Origin: Candidatus Latescibacterota bacterium
Lineage (GTDB): Bacteria; Latescibacterota; UBA2968
Direction: 5' to 3'
Length of the DNA stretch: 64,000 nucleotides
NCBI GenBank assembly: GCA_965204745.1
Contig: OZ242010.1
Coordinates: 960,001-1,024,000, forward strand
Below are positions 44,375 to 56,956 of the stretch, piece by piece; positions within the stretch are counted from its first letter, which is position 1; the number at the start of each line of letters is the position of its first letter. The position numbers were made by a program, and so were the translations under genes. The notes under the pieces are model-generated. The model did not search any database, had not been told where the DNA came from, and saw only the letters and a list, made by a program, of their open reading frames with translations.

Positions 44375-45124
44375 TCAGCCGAAATGGTGAATGGCAGAGG
44401 CAAACGCGCCGATGAGCGCGGCGTCCCAACCGGTTTCTTCAAACGCGCTGCCGACCACCACAAAAGACGCGCCGCGTGCGACCCGGTTGGCAGCGGCTTT
44501 GGGATCGCGGATGCCGCCGCCGACGATGATGGGGATGGTGATGTAGTCGCACACCGCGCGCACCATCGCTTCGGGCACCATCCGCTTTGGCCCACTGCCG
44601 GCATCTAAGTACACGCATTGCATGCCCAAATACTCGGCTGCCAGGGCGTGCGCCATCGCGATATCGGGCTTGTCGCGGGGCAAGGGCCGGGTGTTGCTCA
44701 CGTACTCGGTCGTGGTCTGTTGCCCGGTGTCTATGAGCGCGTAGCCGGTGGCGATGGCTTCGATGCCGTGCGCTTTTAACCTGGGCGCGGCCTTGACGTG
44801 TTGCCCGATCAGCAACTCGGGGTTGCGCCCGCTGATGAGCGACAAAAACAAGATCGCGTCGGCAGCTGCCGAGATTTGGCTGGTATCCCCGGGGAAAATG
44901 ATCACCGGCACCGCCACGGCCCGGGCGACCTCGCGCACCATGCGGTCGAAATTGGCGGAAAACAAGAAACTCCCGCCGATCAAAATGGCGTCTGCGCCCT
45001 GTGCTTCGCAAATAGCAGCCGTGCGCGCCAAATCCTTCTTGTCGAGGCGGTCCGGATCCAGATAGGGCAAAAACCCCGCGCCTCGGCGGTTGCGAACACC
45101 CATCAGTTGTTCAAATACCGACAT
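44375..45124 (-). CDS. Geranylgeranylglyceryl phosphate synthase (group II)
   Basis: LDPD, ILIGGS, SLISGRNPELLIGQH, YLDAGSG, IVGGGIR. Confidence 0.9.
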   Translation of the reverse strand: MSVFEQLMGVRNRRGAGFLPYLDPDRLDKKDLARTAAICEAQGADAILIGGSFLFSANFDRMVREVARAVAVPVIIFPGDTSQISAAADAILFLSLISGRNPELLIGQHVKAAPRLKAHGIEAIATGYALIDTGQQTTTEYVSNTRPLPRDKPDIAMAHALAAEYLGMQCVYLDAGSGPKRMVPEAMVRAVCDYITIPIIVGGGIRDPKAAANRVARGASFVVVGSAFEETGWDAALIGAFASAIHHFG

Positions 45125-45129
45125 GGGGG

Positions 45130-47741
<2,612 letters not shown>

Positions 47742-47745
<4 letters not shown>

Positions 47746-48251
47746 TTTTCCTCAACCTCTTCACTTTCGATAGTCGTCCACACTTTTTCGGCCACCTCTC
47801 GCGCGATGGACGCGTCGAACCCCCTGCGGCCCAAAAACCCGTATATCCGCCCCATGGCGCGTTCGCGGGACAAGCCCCGGTAGCGATTCGCCCTGGGCAT
47901 CATCAAACCGAGTGCCATATCTTCGACATCGACATCGGAGAGAGCGTCGTCCAAAACGCAGTCAATTATTTTGGAGGGAACGCCCCTGCGCTTGAGATCG
48001 AACGCAAGCCCCCTTCGGCCCGCGGGGCGCGACCGCAATCGCCGTGCGACGAATTGACGCGCGAACACCGCATCGTCGATCAAATCGAGCCGCTCGAGTG
48101 TGGCGAGGGTTTGGTCGATGGCGCGGCGTGCATGCCCGCGGGCCGCGAGTTTGTCGCGGATCTCCTTTTGGGTATATGCGCGGTTGCCGAGCAGGCGCAG
48201 GGCATACGCCTTGGCCTTTTCGACTGACTCGTCGGTCTCAAACAATTTCAC
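47742..48251 (-). CDS. recX: Regulatory protein RecX
   Basis: ALRLLGNRAYTQKEIRDKL, LIDDAVFA, FLGRRGF; directly downstream of recA. Confidence 0.9.
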
Positions 48252-48346
48252 GGCGACCCCCGCATAAAAAAGAACAACAGAGCGGGTATAAAATAGGCAA
48301 ACCCACTCTGTTGTCAAAGCCTAAAATGCGATTTTTTGGACGGGAC

Positions 48347-49408
48347 TCAAGCGGATTCGGGTTCGAGTTGGAATGCCGGATCGACGGGCAGGCCCACGAT
48401 CTCGCGCACTTGGCGTTCGATTTTTCCGGCCAGGTTCGCGTTTTCTCTGAGGCGCCGCTTGACATTTTCGCGCCCCTGCCCGAGCCGCTCGTCGCCATAA
48501 GAGAACCACGTCCCGCTCTTTTTGACGATGCCGTGCAATTCGGCCATGTCGATGAGGCTGCCTTCTTTGGAAATGCCCTCGCCGAACATCAGATCGACTT
48601 CGCAATCTTTGAAGGGCGGCGCCATCTTGTTTTTGACCACGCGAATCCGCACGCGATTGCCGATGACTTCTTGCCCGTCTTTGATGGAGCCGATGCGCCG
48701 AATGTCTAGGCGCACCGACGCGTAAAACGGAAGGGCCCGCCCGCCCGTGGTCGTTTCCGGGTTGCCGAACATCACGCCGATCTTCATGCGGATCTGATTG
48801 GCAAAAATCAGACAGGTTTTTGATCGACTGATGGGGCCGGTCATTTTGCGGAGGGCTTGCGACATCAGGCGAGCGTGGAGGCCCATGTGCGAATCGCCCA
48901 TTTCGCCTTCGAGTTCGGCGCGCGGCACGAGCGCGGCCACAGAGTCTAGGGCCACGACCTCAAACGCGCCGCTTCGCACGAGGGTATCGGCAATTTCCAG
49001 GGCTTCTTCGCCGGAATCGGGCTGGGCGATCAGCAAATTTTCGAGATCGACACCCAGGCGTTCGGCCAATTCCACATTCAAGGCGTGTTCGGCATCGACA
49101 AATGCGGCCACGCCCCCGCGCTTTTGCGCTTCGGCGATGATGTGCAAAATCAGGGTGGTCTTGCCCGATCCTTCGGGGCCAAATATCTCGACCACGCGGC
49201 CGTAGGGAACGCCACCTGCGCCCAAGGCCACGTCGAGGCTCAAAGACCCTGTGGGGATGACATCGGTCGTGAAGGGTTCGGCCTCTTCGCCGGCCAAGCG
49301 CATGATCGAGCCTTGCCCAAACTGCTTTTCGATTTGGGCAATGGCATTGTCAATGGCTTGTTGCTTGCCCTCGACTTGTTGCGGTTTCTTCGTCCGTCGT
49401 TTCGCCAT
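48347..49408 (-). CDS. recA: Recombinase A
   Basis: [30 protein letters not shown]. Confidence 0.99.
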   Translation of the reverse strand: MAKRRTKKPQQVEGKQQAIDNAIAQIEKQFGQGSIMRLAGEEAEPFTTDVIPTGSLSLDVALGAGGVPYGRVVEIFGPEGSGKTTLILHIIAEAQKRGGVAAFVDAEHALNVELAERLGVDLENLLIAQPDSGEEALEIADTLVRSGAFEVVALDSVAALVPRAELEGEMGDSHMGLHARLMSQALRKMTGPISRSKTCLIFANQIRMKIGVMFGNPETTTGGRALPFYASVRLDIRRIGSIKDGQEVIGNRVRIRVVKNKMAPPFKDCEVDLMFGEGISKEGSLIDMAELHGIVKKSGTWFSYGDERLGQGRENVKRRLRENANLAGKIERQVREIVGLPVDPAFQLEPESA

Positions 49409-49469
49409 CGGCGTCTCTCCTTACAAAAGGGGGGATTGCGGCGTAGCTCACCTCGTTTTCGCCGCAGAC

Positions 49470-49498
49470 AATATAGTGAACATTTGTGTAGAAGTCAA
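49470..49498 (-). promoter_or_regulatory. recA promoter with a candidate LexA box in the spacer
   Basis: TTGACT-N17-TATATT; CTACACAAATGTTCAC at 49476-49491. Confidence 0.7.
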
Positions 49499-49971
49499 GG
49501 AATATTTACCACCATCGACAACCCGCGCAAAATCAGGTGCCCGTAAATGCCCGCGATGACGTCGTCTGCCACGATGCCCCATCCTCCGGGCAATGCCTCG
49601 GCCTGTCGGGCCGGCGGTGGCTTGACGATATCTAAAATGCGAAACGCGACAAACCCCACAATCCCCATGAACGCGGATTGCGGCAACAAGCTCACCGTGA
49701 CGAAAAACCCGAGAAACTCGTCGATCACCACGTATTTGGGGTCTTTGCCCCAGGCTTTCTCACCGGCGCGAGACGCATAAATGCCCACCAAAAACAACCC
49801 GACCAAGAGCGCGCACCACATCCACGCGGTCAGCGGCGGTAGCGAGCAGTAAATCGCCAGTGCCACCAATGACCCCGCTGTGCCGGGGGCGAAAACCGAG
49901 TACCCCGAAAAAAAACCGGTTGCGATCAACCGCACAAAAAATCGCGGTTTGTAAGGTCGGAAATCGGTCAT
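49495..49971 (-). CDS. pgpA: Phosphatidylglycerophosphatase A
   Basis: APGTAGS, DPKYVVIDE, FRILDIVKP, GIVADDVIAG. Confidence 0.95.
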   Translation of the reverse strand: MTDFRPYKPRFFVRLIATGFFSGYSVFAPGTAGSLVALAIYCSLPPLTAWMWCALLVGLFLVGIYASRAGEKAWGKDPKYVVIDEFLGFFVTVSLLPQSAFMGIVGFVAFRILDIVKPPPARQAEALPGGWGIVADDVIAGIYGHLILRGLSMVVNIP

Positions 49972-50008
49972 GGAAATCTTCGGATTAACAAGCGGCTTAC
50001 GGCTGGCG

Positions 50009-50377
50009 TTATGCCCCAGGGATTGATGCGGCTTCTTTGTTTTGCGTTCCGGGATTTCCGCCAGTATCGCGGCTTGCCATTTTTTTCGTTTCCCGTCTAA
50101 ACGCCAACCAATCGCGTGCTATTGGGGAAAGCGCGAGCGTAATAACGGCTCCCAAAAACCAATAAAAAAAGTTATCAATGCGGTTGTCAATGCTTTCGAG
50201 TTGTCTTTCAATGCGGTCGAGCCTCTTGTCCATTTGCTCAACCGTGCCTATCAACTTGCCGAGTTCTGTTTGGCTTTGCGCTTGATTTTGGCTGACGAGT
50301 TGTTTGGCCTCAAGTGACACCGATGAAACCATCACCGACAAAATACAATACAAGATCAATGTCCGTTTCCCACCCAT
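50009..50377 (-). CDS. Small exported coiled-coil protein with C-terminal TM
   Basis: Signal peptide, MDKRLDRIERQLESIDNRID, TM segment; inserted between pgsA and pgpA. Confidence 0.7.
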   Translation of the reverse strand: MGGKRTLILYCILSVMVSSVSLEAKQLVSQNQAQSQTELGKLIGTVEQMDKRLDRIERQLESIDNRIDNFFYWFLGAVITLALSPIARDWLAFRRETKKMASRDTGGNPGTQNKEAASIPGA

Positions 50378-50396
50378 ATCATGTCCTTTCTGTGCG

Positions 50397-51038
50397 TCAA
50401 AACGTCTTGCGGTTTTCGATCAAATACCGAACGCCCGAAACCACGGCGACGAGGGTGACGAGAGCCACCAGTGCATTCAAAACCCAATAGGAAATATCGC
50501 CCACGAGCACGATGGGTTGGGCCGCCAATTTGGCCTCGACCACGCGCACGTTGATAAAGACCAGAATGCCGAACACGAGCACGAGTTGTAGCATGGTTTT
50601 CCACTTGGCGAGTTGCGAGGTCACCACGGGCTTGCCGCGCCGAATCGCAAAAATTCGCAACCCGGTGATCACGACGTCGCGCAGGAGCATCGCGCCGATG
50701 AGCCAAGCCTCGATCATGCCCAAGCGCACAAATGCGATCAGGGCCGAAGACACGAGCAATTTATCGGCGAGGGGGTCCATAAAGCGGCCGAAATTGGTCA
50801 CTGTGCCGTCTCGCCGCGCAATGCGCCCGTCGTAAAAATCGGTCAACGAGGCCACGGTAAAGACCAACAGCGCGAGGATTTTGAAATACCAGTTGGCGGC
50901 AAAGATCAGCAGCCAGAACACGGGCGTGAGCAACAAGCGCGACACGGTCAACACATTGGGCACGGTCCACAACCGGTCCGCGGGATGCGGCTTGGGCACT
51001 GTCATGCGGTTCGGCTCTATGGTATTTACTTGGGGCAT
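50397..51038 (-). CDS. pgsA: CDP-diacylglycerol--glycerol-3-phosphate phosphatidyltransferase
   Basis: PNVLTVSR, DFYDGRIARR...FGRFMDPLADK. Confidence 0.93.
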   Translation of the reverse strand: MPQVNTIEPNRMTVPKPHPADRLWTVPNVLTVSRLLLTPVFWLLIFAANWYFKILALLVFTVASLTDFYDGRIARRDGTVTNFGRFMDPLADKLLVSSALIAFVRLGMIEAWLIGAMLLRDVVITGLRIFAIRRGKPVVTSQLAKWKTMLQLVLVFGILVFINVRVVEAKLAAQPIVLVGDISYWVLNALVALVTLVAVVSGVRYLIENRKTF

Positions 51039-51632
51039 TTAGTACTCCCGACGTCCTTCTAGCGCGCGCGACAAGGTCACTTGATCGGCCAGGGCGAGAT
51101 CGCTACCCACGGGCAACCCGCGCGCAATTTGCGTGACAGACACCTCGTAAGGCGTCAAACACTGAGACAGGTATTGAGCGGTGGCATCGCCTTCAACCGT
51201 TGGGCCATTGGCTAAAATCACTTCGCGGATTTCCCCGTCTCGCAAGCGGTTCAGCAGTTGGGAAATATTTAAATCCTCTGGGCCGACGCCATCCAAGGGC
51301 GAAATCCGTCCGTCCAACACATGGTAAAGCCCGCGATAAAGGCCCGTGCGCTCAAACGCCAGCAGGTCGCCGATAAAATCGATCACCATCACCCTAGCCC
51401 GGTCTCTACGCTCATCGCTACACACGGAACACGGCTCGACCTCGGTCAGATTAAAACAGACTGAACAACGGCGCACACGGGTCTTGACGTCGACCATCAA
51501 ATCGGCGAGGGCACGCACCGCGTCCGTGTCCCACGTCAACATATCCAGCGCGATGCGCCGTGCGGATTTCGCGCCGATCCCGGGCAATCGATTCAAACCG
51601 GCAATCAGTTTTTCAATGGCTTCCGATGCCAT
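51039..51632 (-). CDS. recR: Recombination protein RecR
   Basis: LPGIGAKSA, C4 zinc finger, ISPLDGVGP, EGDATA. Confidence 0.97.
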   Translation of the reverse strand: MASEAIEKLIAGLNRLPGIGAKSARRIALDMLTWDTDAVRALADLMVDVKTRVRRCSVCFNLTEVEPCSVCSDERRDRARVMVIDFIGDLLAFERTGLYRGLYHVLDGRISPLDGVGPEDLNISQLLNRLRDGEIREVILANGPTVEGDATAQYLSQCLTPYEVSVTQIARGLPVGSDLALADQVTLSRALEGRREY

Positions 51633-51691
51633 TTGAAACTCCAAATGTCGAAGGATACAAAGCGGTCATGCTCATTTGAATGGGCTTATTG

Positions 51692-51904
51692 CTATCTCGT
51701 CTCCGTCGCGCCATTGAAGATCGCATCGCGCTTTGCCATCGCGTCTTTGTCGCCTGCAAACGCTCGGTCATACTTTTGACGCAATTCTCGTTCGCGTTCT
51801 TGACGCCCTTGTTCAACTGCTTGTTTAATTTTAATACGCCGCGCCTCAGTCAACCACTCATAGACGAACATGGCAAGGTCTCCTAAAGTTAAATCTGATG
51901 CCAT
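51692..51904 (-). CDS. Small hypothetical protein
   Basis: MASDLTLG...EQGRQERERE; start region duplicates that of recR. Confidence 0.5.
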   Translation of the reverse strand: MASDLTLGDLAMFVYEWLTEARRIKIKQAVEQGRQERERELRQKYDRAFAGDKDAMAKRDAIFNGATETR

Positions 51905-51945
51905 TTGAAACGCCAAACTTTGTGTAAAATAAAAAGCGGTCATGC

Positions 51946-52218
51946 TCATTTTAGATAGTTCAACAGGCCGATCATCAAAATGCCAATCGCCACGATGAGG
52001 CTGGCGAACCAGGTGAAAAAGGTTTTGACCGCGCTAATATCTGCGCGAATAAACGCCAACTGCTCTAATATTCGTTTATCCGTTTCCTCCACCCGGGTTT
52101 GGCGTTCCCGAAGGTCGGCATGTCCTTGTGCAAGGGTTCGCCGTTCGGTTTCCAAAGTTTTTTGTTGAACTTCTAAAACCGCTTGCTGTTTATCCAGTTG
52201 TTCAATTGTTGCAACCAT
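51946..52218 (-). CDS. Small coiled-coil protein with C-terminal TM
   Basis: GGAG RBS; heptad pattern then FFTWFASLIVAIGILMIGLL. Confidence 0.7.
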   Translation of the reverse strand: MVATIEQLDKQQAVLEVQQKTLETERRTLAQGHADLRERQTRVEETDKRILEQLAFIRADISAVKTFFTWFASLIVAIGILMIGLLNYLK

Positions 52219-52282
52219 TGCTACTCCATGGTGAAATGTTGATCGCGCTCATATCGGCGCGGATAAATGCCAATTCAACAAA

Positions 52283-52687
52283 TCACGCGGTAGGGCTTAC
52301 TTCCGGGCTGTTCGCGGTTGCTTCCATTGCCACAGTTTTATCTTTCTTGGGCGTTCTCCAAAGCCCTAACGCATACGTTACAAAAGCCACGACACAGGCC
52401 ACCATAGCACCGAATAAAGCGATGAGCCAGTTGTTCAATGTATCGATTCGATTATTCGTAACTTCGATCAACTTAAGCGTGGCCTGGTGATTCGCCTCCA
52501 TCTGCTTGAGTGTGGCCTGGTGATTCGCCTCAATCTGTTTGCTCAAGGCTTCATATTGAAGTTTCATGGTCGTTTCAAGTATCGCCAATCTTTCTTCAAC
52601 ACTTGGATTGGTTGAAGCAGGAGAGGGATCCCCAAAAGCAACGCCTGAAAACGACATCACAAATACGACCAAAAGTCTCGCTGACAT
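52283..52687 (-). CDS. Tandem paralog 3 (two 11-aa repeats), signal peptide plus coiled coil plus TM
   Basis: Near-identical to 52729-53166 and 53208-53711. Confidence 0.85.
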   Translation of the reverse strand: MSARLLVVFVMSFSGVAFGDPSPASTNPSVEERLAILETTMKLQYEALSKQIEANHQATLKQMEANHQATLKLIEVTNNRIDTLNNWLIALFGAMVACVVAFVTYALGLWRTPKKDKTVAMEATANSPEVSPTA

Positions 52688-52728
52688 GACATACTCCTTT
52701 CTCCACAGATAAATGCCAATTCAACAAA

Positions 52729-53166
52729 TCACGCGGTAGGGCTTACTTCTGGGCTGTTCGCGGTTGCTTTCATTGCCACAGTTTTATCTCTCTTGGGCGT
52801 TCTCCAAAGCCCTAACGCATACGTTACAAAAGCCACGACATAGGCCACCATAGCGCCGAATAAAGCGATGAGCCAGTTGTTCAATGTATCGATTCGATTA
52901 TTCGTAACTTCGATCAACTTAAGCGTGGACTGGTGATTCGCCTCAATCTGTTTGAGTGTAGATTGCTGGACCGTCTCAATCTGTTTGAGTGTGGCCTGGT
53001 GATTCGCCTCAATCTGTTTGCTCAAGGCTTCATATTGAAGTTTCATGGTCGTTTCAAGTATCGCCAATCTTTCTTCAACACTTGGATTGGTTGAAGCAGG
53101 AGATGGATCCCCAAAAGCAACGCCTGAAAACGACATCACAAATACGACCAAAAGTCTCGCTGACAT
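52729..53166 (-). CDS. Tandem paralog 2 (three 11-aa repeats)
   Basis: Near-identical to the flanking paralogs. Confidence 0.85.
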   Translation of the reverse strand: MSARLLVVFVMSFSGVAFGDPSPASTNPSVEERLAILETTMKLQYEALSKQIEANHQATLKQIETVQQSTLKQIEANHQSTLKLIEVTNNRIDTLNNWLIALFGAMVAYVVAFVTYALGLWRTPKRDKTVAMKATANSPEVSPTA

Positions 53167-53207
53167 GACATACTCCTTTCTCCACAGATAAATGCCAATT
53201 CAACAAA

Positions 53208-53711
53208 TCACGCGATAGGGCTTACTTCTGGGCTGTTCGCGGTTGCTTCCATTGCCACAGTTTTATCTCTCTTGGGCGTTCTCCAAAGCCCTAACACATA
53301 CGTTACAAAAGCCACGACATAGGCCACCATAGCGCCGAATAAAGCGATGAGCCAGTTGTTCAATGTATCGATTCGATTATTCGTAACTTCGATCAACTTA
53401 AGCGTGGACTGGTGATTCGCTTCAATCTGATTGAGTGTAGATTGCTGGACCGTCTCAATCTGCTTGAATGTAGACTGCTGGACCGTCTCAATCTGCTTGA
53501 GTGTGGACTGCTGAACCGTCTCAATCTGTTTGAGTGTGGCCTGGTGATTCGCCTCCATCTGTTTGCTCAAGGCTTCATATTGAAGTTTCATGGTCGTTTC
53601 AAGTGTCGCCAATCTTTCTTCAACACTTGGATTGGTTGAAGCAGGAGATGGATCCCCAAAAGCAACGCCTGAAAACGACATCACAAATACGACCAAAAGT
53701 CTCGCTGACAT
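53208..53711 (-). CDS. Tandem paralog 1 (five 11-aa repeats)
   Basis: Near-identical to the two downstream paralogs. Confidence 0.85.
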   Translation of the reverse strand: MSARLLVVFVMSFSGVAFGDPSPASTNPSVEERLATLETTMKLQYEALSKQMEANHQATLKQIETVQQSTLKQIETVQQSTFKQIETVQQSTLNQIEANHQSTLKLIEVTNNRIDTLNNWLIALFGAMVAYVVAFVTYVLGLWRTPKRDKTVAMEATANSPEVSPIA

Positions 53712-53729
53712 GACATACTCCTTTCTCCT

Positions 53730-54059
53730 TTACAGCAACCCCGGCATATTCATGCCCGGGGGAATCAGGCCCGCTGTGGCTTTTTGCATTTCCGCTTCGG
53801 CCATGGCCGCTGATTTTTCACGCGCCTGCTGAATCGCGGCGAGGACGAGGTCTTCCAGCATGTCCACATCTTCGGGATCGACGACTTCGGGATCGATTTT
53901 CACGGACAAAATCTCCTGATGTCCATTTGCCCGCACCGTCACCATGCCCCCGCCCGAGGTGCCTTCGACCTCTTTTGACCCCAGGTCTTGTTGCACCTTG
54001 GCCAGTTTGGCTTGCAATTTTTGTGCCTGCTTCATCATGGCGTTCATGCTTTTTGCCAT
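53730..54059 (-). CDS. ybaB: YbaB/EbfC nucleoid-associated protein
   Basis: MMKQAQKLQ, SGGGMVTV, DMLEDLVLAA; dnaX-ybaB-recR synteny. Confidence 0.96.
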   Translation of the reverse strand: MAKSMNAMMKQAQKLQAKLAKVQQDLGSKEVEGTSGGGMVTVRANGHQEILSVKIDPEVVDPEDVDMLEDLVLAAIQQAREKSAAMAEAEMQKATAGLIPPGMNMPGLL

Positions 54060-54101
54060 TTTCTAACTCCTTGAAAGTGTGTTCTCAATGCTCGCGCGTT
54101 C

Positions 54102-55826
54102 TCATCCGATTACTTCTCCGCCGAATACCTGCATCACCATTTGCACGCGCTCGTCGGTTTCCGGGGCTTTCTCCTCTGCGACTTGCGCGTTGTCGTCGTC
54201 GTACACGACCTCGCACGAAATGGTGACTGTGCCGCCAAAAACCCCACCTGCTACTTCTTCGACCAGTGCGCGGTTGCGCCGCACTTGATTGGCGTGAAAC
54301 TCGCGGTTTTTTTGGAACGCCACCACCAAACGCCGTCCGTCCATGGATTGCGGCTGGCCTTCGTCCAAAAATGTGCCCACGGAAATTTTCTTGGTCTTCA
54401 CCGCTTGCACGAGTTGTTCCCATCGGCCTTCTACAATTGAAAGATCTGGCGGCTTGCCATTCGACGCGATTGGCGGTGTTTGTTCTTTGACCACGGAAGG
54501 TTCTGGCGCGCGACGGCCATTGCCCTGCGGTTGTGGTGCGGGGCGCGACGATGTGGACCGATGGGATGCTGGTCTGGCGTTGCTCGGCGCGTTTCGCCCA
54601 TGCGATGGTGCGTTTGGTGTGGGGCTAGACGCGGGTTGTTTCCGCACGGCGGCAGGGGCGCGAGGAGATGGTGCGCCTCGGCGTTTTAAGTCGCCCTCGA
54701 GTTGTTCCAAGCGGCTAATCAACGCTTGCAAGTCGACGCTCGCGGTCATCTGCGCCAGTTTCACGACCGTCAATTCGAGCCAGAACCGAGGCTCGGTCAC
54801 GCGACCTATCTGCGTTTCCAACTCGGTCACGGCATTGAGCATCCGCACGAGGTCCGGCTCTTCAAATTGCGCGGCGACCTCTGTGTATTGCTCGCGGTCC
54901 GCTTCTGGCAAGTTTTCATCCGTCAATTCGCCCACCGCGCGGGCGACCAAGAGGTGGCGAAAGTGCGCCATCAGCCCGGCCACAAATTCGCTGAGGTCAC
55001 TGCCCTCGCGCATCAGGCGATCAACGACGCCCAGTGCCCGGGGGCTATCTCGATCCACAATCGCTTGGGTCAGGTCGAAATACACGTCTCGGGGAATCAA
55101 CCCCAGCAAGTTTTGCACCGCGTCTTCGACGATGCCCGAATCTGAAAAGGCGATGACCTGATCGAGCAAGCTCAACGCGTCGCGCATGCCGCCATCGGCT
55201 TTTCGGGCGATCAAAAACAGCGCGGCTTCCTCGGCTTTGACGCCCTCTTCGGCCACGGCCAGTTTGAGTTCTTCCACAATTGCCGCGGGCGGAATGCGCC
55301 GAAAATTGTATCGCTGGCAACGCGACAAAATGGTTTCGGGCACTTTGTGGGCTTCGGTCGTGGCAAACACAAACACGACGTGCGCGGGGGGTTCTTCGAG
55401 GGTTTTGAGCAGGGCATTGAACGCCTCGGTGGTCAGCATGTGTACTTCGTCGATGATATAGACCCTGCGCTTGCCCTGCGAGGCCGCGTATCCCACCTCT
55501 TCGCGCAACTGCCTGATCTCGTCGATTCCGCGGTTTGAGGCCCCGTCGATCTCCAGCACATCCATGCTGTTGCCCTGGCGAATGGCGCCGCACGCCGCAC
55601 ACTGTCCACACGGTTCGGGGGTTGGCCCCTGCTCGCAGTTGAGGGCCATAGCGAGCAAGCGCGCCGTGGTGGTCTTGCCCGTGCCCCTTGGCCCGGAGAA
55701 CAAGTACGATTGCGCCACGCGCTCCAGCCGAATGGCGTTTTGCAACGTGGTGGTCACATGACCTTGTGCAACCACGGTTTCAAATGCCTGTGGTCGCCGC
55801 TTTCGCGCCATGACCGTGTAGGACAT
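54102..55826 (-). CDS. dnaX: DNA polymerase III subunit gamma/tau
   Basis: SGPRGTGKTT, EIDGASN, IIDEVHML, TILSRCQ. Confidence 0.98.
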   Translation of the reverse strand: MSYTVMARKRRPQAFETVVAQGHVTTTLQNAIRLERVAQSYLFSGPRGTGKTTTARLLAMALNCEQGPTPEPCGQCAACGAIRQGNSMDVLEIDGASNRGIDEIRQLREEVGYAASQGKRRVYIIDEVHMLTTEAFNALLKTLEEPPAHVVFVFATTEAHKVPETILSRCQRYNFRRIPPAAIVEELKLAVAEEGVKAEEAALFLIARKADGGMRDALSLLDQVIAFSDSGIVEDAVQNLLGLIPRDVYFDLTQAIVDRDSPRALGVVDRLMREGSDLSEFVAGLMAHFRHLLVARAVGELTDENLPEADREQYTEVAAQFEEPDLVRMLNAVTELETQIGRVTEPRFWLELTVVKLAQMTASVDLQALISRLEQLEGDLKRRGAPSPRAPAAVRKQPASSPTPNAPSHGRNAPSNARPASHRSTSSRPAPQPQGNGRRAPEPSVVKEQTPPIASNGKPPDLSIVEGRWEQLVQAVKTKKISVGTFLDEGQPQSMDGRRLVVAFQKNREFHANQVRRNRALVEEVAGGVFGGTVTISCEVVYDDDNAQVAEEKAPETDERVQMVMQVFGGEVIG

Positions 55827-55861
55827 ACAGCACTCCAAAAGGACTATAAAAAAATAAAAAA

Positions 55862-56134
55862 GGCCGTGCACCGCGCTTCGAACCGCTATCCCAGGGCGTT
55901 CAACGAGCGCTTGCTCCTGCCAGGTGCCCCTGCGGCACACGCGCCGATCTGCTTACCGCTGCTACCTTCCGGTCCTGACGGGGTTCGGCATAGGCACGTT
56001 GCGCAGGACCTGACGATCGACACTGCTCACTCATCGACCGCGATCCAAAATACCAGTTCTCAGACGTGGAATTCGACCCCGCTATAGCGGATTGCGGGCT
56101 ACAGGGCACCGCTATCTCCCCGTCTAGCACGACC
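55862..56134 (-). ncRNA. ffs: Signal recognition particle RNA, large (Alu-containing) type
   Basis: 5' GGTCGTGCTAGACGGGGAG..GCGGTGCCCTGT; helix 8 CCCGTCAGGACCGGAAGGTAGCAGCGG; upstream of dnaX. Confidence 0.95.
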
Positions 56135-56207
56135 TGAAAATCTAAAGTGGATTCAGAACTCGGCTGCGCCCAACGGAGCGGCACACCGAATTCTGATGAT
56201 CATCGTT

Positions 56208-56284
<77 letters not shown>

Positions 56285-56285
56285 C

Positions 56286-56657
56286 CTAAATGGCTTCGAC
56301 CGAGATATTATGCACGCCCGACACGGACTTGAGCACCGTGGCATCGTCTAAAACCCGGCCGATGATATTGACGGGACTGGCCGGGCGAATTTCATCGCCG
56401 CGACTGGCCGGGGTGTGTCCGTAAAAAATGCAGAACGCATGCCCCGGCGGCCAGTACCCGAGTTCGTTTAGCGACACGGTTTCGCGTGGATCTTCGGGGC
56501 CCATGTCGAGGGGAATGGCAAAATAAATCTCGTCGCCCCAAGTATTAAACGAGCACCTGAGTGGCAAAAGCGCGTAAATTTTGCGCGCTGTTTCCGAGTC
56601 GTTCAACTGCGCGGCGAGTTGAATATCGCCAACTGTGATGCGAATGGGATGTGGCAT
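56286..56657 (-). CDS. Cyclophilin-like fold protein
   Basis: NTWGDEIYF, LGYWPPGHAFCIFYGHTP, PASPVNIIG. Confidence 0.85.
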   Translation of the reverse strand: MPHPIRITVGDIQLAAQLNDSETARKIYALLPLRCSFNTWGDEIYFAIPLDMGPEDPRETVSLNELGYWPPGHAFCIFYGHTPASRGDEIRPASPVNIIGRVLDDATVLKSVSGVHNISVEAI

Positions 56658-56717
56658 AACGACCTCGTGCGCTAGCTGGCTGTGATCGGCGTTTCCATCG
56701 CGCCGATCTCGTGTTTT

Positions 56718-56807
<90 letters not shown>

Positions 56808-56859
56808 ACAATAGTTTTCGACTTTTCGCACGCCCTTTGTTGGGCATGTCGGTTTTGTT

Positions 56860-56948
<89 letters not shown>

Positions 56949-56956
56949 GCCGTATT

